From a virus (taxonomy: Duplodnaviria; Heunggongvirae; Uroviricota; Caudoviricetes), in the IMG/VR virus record IMGVR_UViG_2713896828_000008: a stretch of DNA of 8,949 bases. One strand, 5' to 3'. A program made the translations under genes and the position numbers. Of this stretch, positions 6,315 through 8,949 are shown piece after piece. Position 1 is the stretch's first letter, and each line of letters begins with the position of its first letter. The notes beneath the pieces are model-generated. The model was given only the letters and a program-made list of their open reading frames with translations, ran no database searches and was not told where the DNA came from.

Positions 6315-6997
6315 ATCTGGATTTGAAGCAATTAAGCGATCTGCGCAGCCAGTTCAGAATGGACGTGAAGGGTGAGCGACCAGTGTTACCAAACCGTTCC
6401 GATGCTGCCATTCAGCGCGTTTACAAGGCAATGACTGACGATATCAATGGTGCCATTGGTCAGAATCTTGGCAACGATACTCTCCGTAAATATCAGCAGG
6501 CCAATGCCGTCTACGCTGACGAAGCGGCGAAGCTAAAGAATACCAGGCTGAAGAATGTTCTCATGAAAGGCGACCTGACGCCGGAAGTTGTCAACAACAT
6601 GCTATTCAGCAAGAACAAATCGGAAATTAAGACGCTGTATAACTCAGTTGGTCGTGTTGGCAGGGCGCAAATGCGCAATGGCATCATTGGAAAGGCGATG
6701 GAGAAATCTGGCGGATCCCCTGACCAGTTCCTTCGGCAGCTTAACATCCTGCAAAACCAGACTGGCATCACATTTAAGGGGCAGGACGCTGCTTATCTGA
6801 AAGGATTGAAAAAATACCTTCAGTCCACTCAGCAGGCAGCAAAAGCGGCAGTAACAACACCAACAGGGCAGCAAACCATCCCGTTCATTATCGGGTATGG
6901 GACGGCAACGAACCCGGCGACAACTGGCGCAGCAGTAAGCTACGGACTTCTTACTCGCGCCTATGAGAGCGAACCATTCAGAAATGCAATGCTCTGA
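6200..6997 (+). pseudogene. 5'-deleted fragment of an unrelated phage protein (virion, ejection or tail-associated; speculative) joined to truncated terL
   Basis: Frame-2 reading frame is open from 6200 with no plausible start or SD (first ATG at 6359; the track start at 6323 is a TTG). Translation ...LQKLGKVADNETISKLQSYRDELVRNAGPDGPVNLDLKQLSDLRSQF...GQQTIPFIIGYGTATNPATTGAAVSYGLL... is coiled-coil, Q/A/T-rich and not terminase-like. Confidence 0.4.
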
Positions 6998-7196
6998 ATG
7001 GCAAATACCCCACGCGGATCAACAGCGTTTGAGAAAGCCTTGCAGCAGGCACAAAAGGCAATTAACGCGCTGACCCAAGGCGCTAAGTCTGATGCGTTGT
7101 CTGAATAGTTTCGAAAACACCAGGAACGTGCAAAAACCAAATATGTAGAACGCAATATTCAACAGATCTCTTTGCATAGACTCATCTCATAATTAA

Positions 7197-8949
<1,753 letters not shown>

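Noticed and set aside
6998-7108. 36-aa ORF (MANTPRGSTAFEKALQQAQKAINALTQGAKSDALSE) starting one base after the fragment's stop
   Set aside because: Too short and lacking an SD to call. It could be a genuine small gene or the remnant of another late gene, but the sequence alone does not support a feature call.
6511-7155. ORFs overlapping the orphan fragment (6511-6771 -, 6588-6800 +, 6644-6874 -, 6961-7155 -)
   Set aside because: Cys/Arg-rich wrong-frame translations without SD sequences.

Overview
This window reads as a defective, mosaic lambdoid prophage interrupted by an IS21-family insertion sequence; all calls are by eye from the sequence and the supplied ORF track, with no database search run. 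Left to right: (1) two small minus-strand genes, an AlpA-like HTH regulator and a 59-aa zinc-ribbon protein that is below the ORF-track size cutoff; (2) a 5'-truncated lambda NinI-type Ser/Thr phosphatase fused by ATGA overlap to a lambda-type Q antiterminator; (3) a PR'-like late promoter followed closely by a compact intrinsic terminator, then a lambda-type lysis cassette S-R-Rz with Rz1 embedded in the +1 frame; (4) three small genes of unknown function (91, 122 and 80 aa) with repeated boundary motifs and a perfect 20-bp palindrome; (5) a packaging module with a small terminase subunit and a large terminase subunit whose ATPase domain is intact but whose C-terminus is lost at about 6200-6226, where the reading frame switches into a fragment of an unrelated, probably virion-associated protein; (6) the left part of an IS100-like element with complete istA and 5'-partial istB running off the window. 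No tRNA, rRNA or CRISPR array was seen. I did not find a clear-cut novel system; the best candidates for follow-up are the small-gene cluster between Rz and terS with its palindrome, the remodelled late leader, and the terminase deletion junction.
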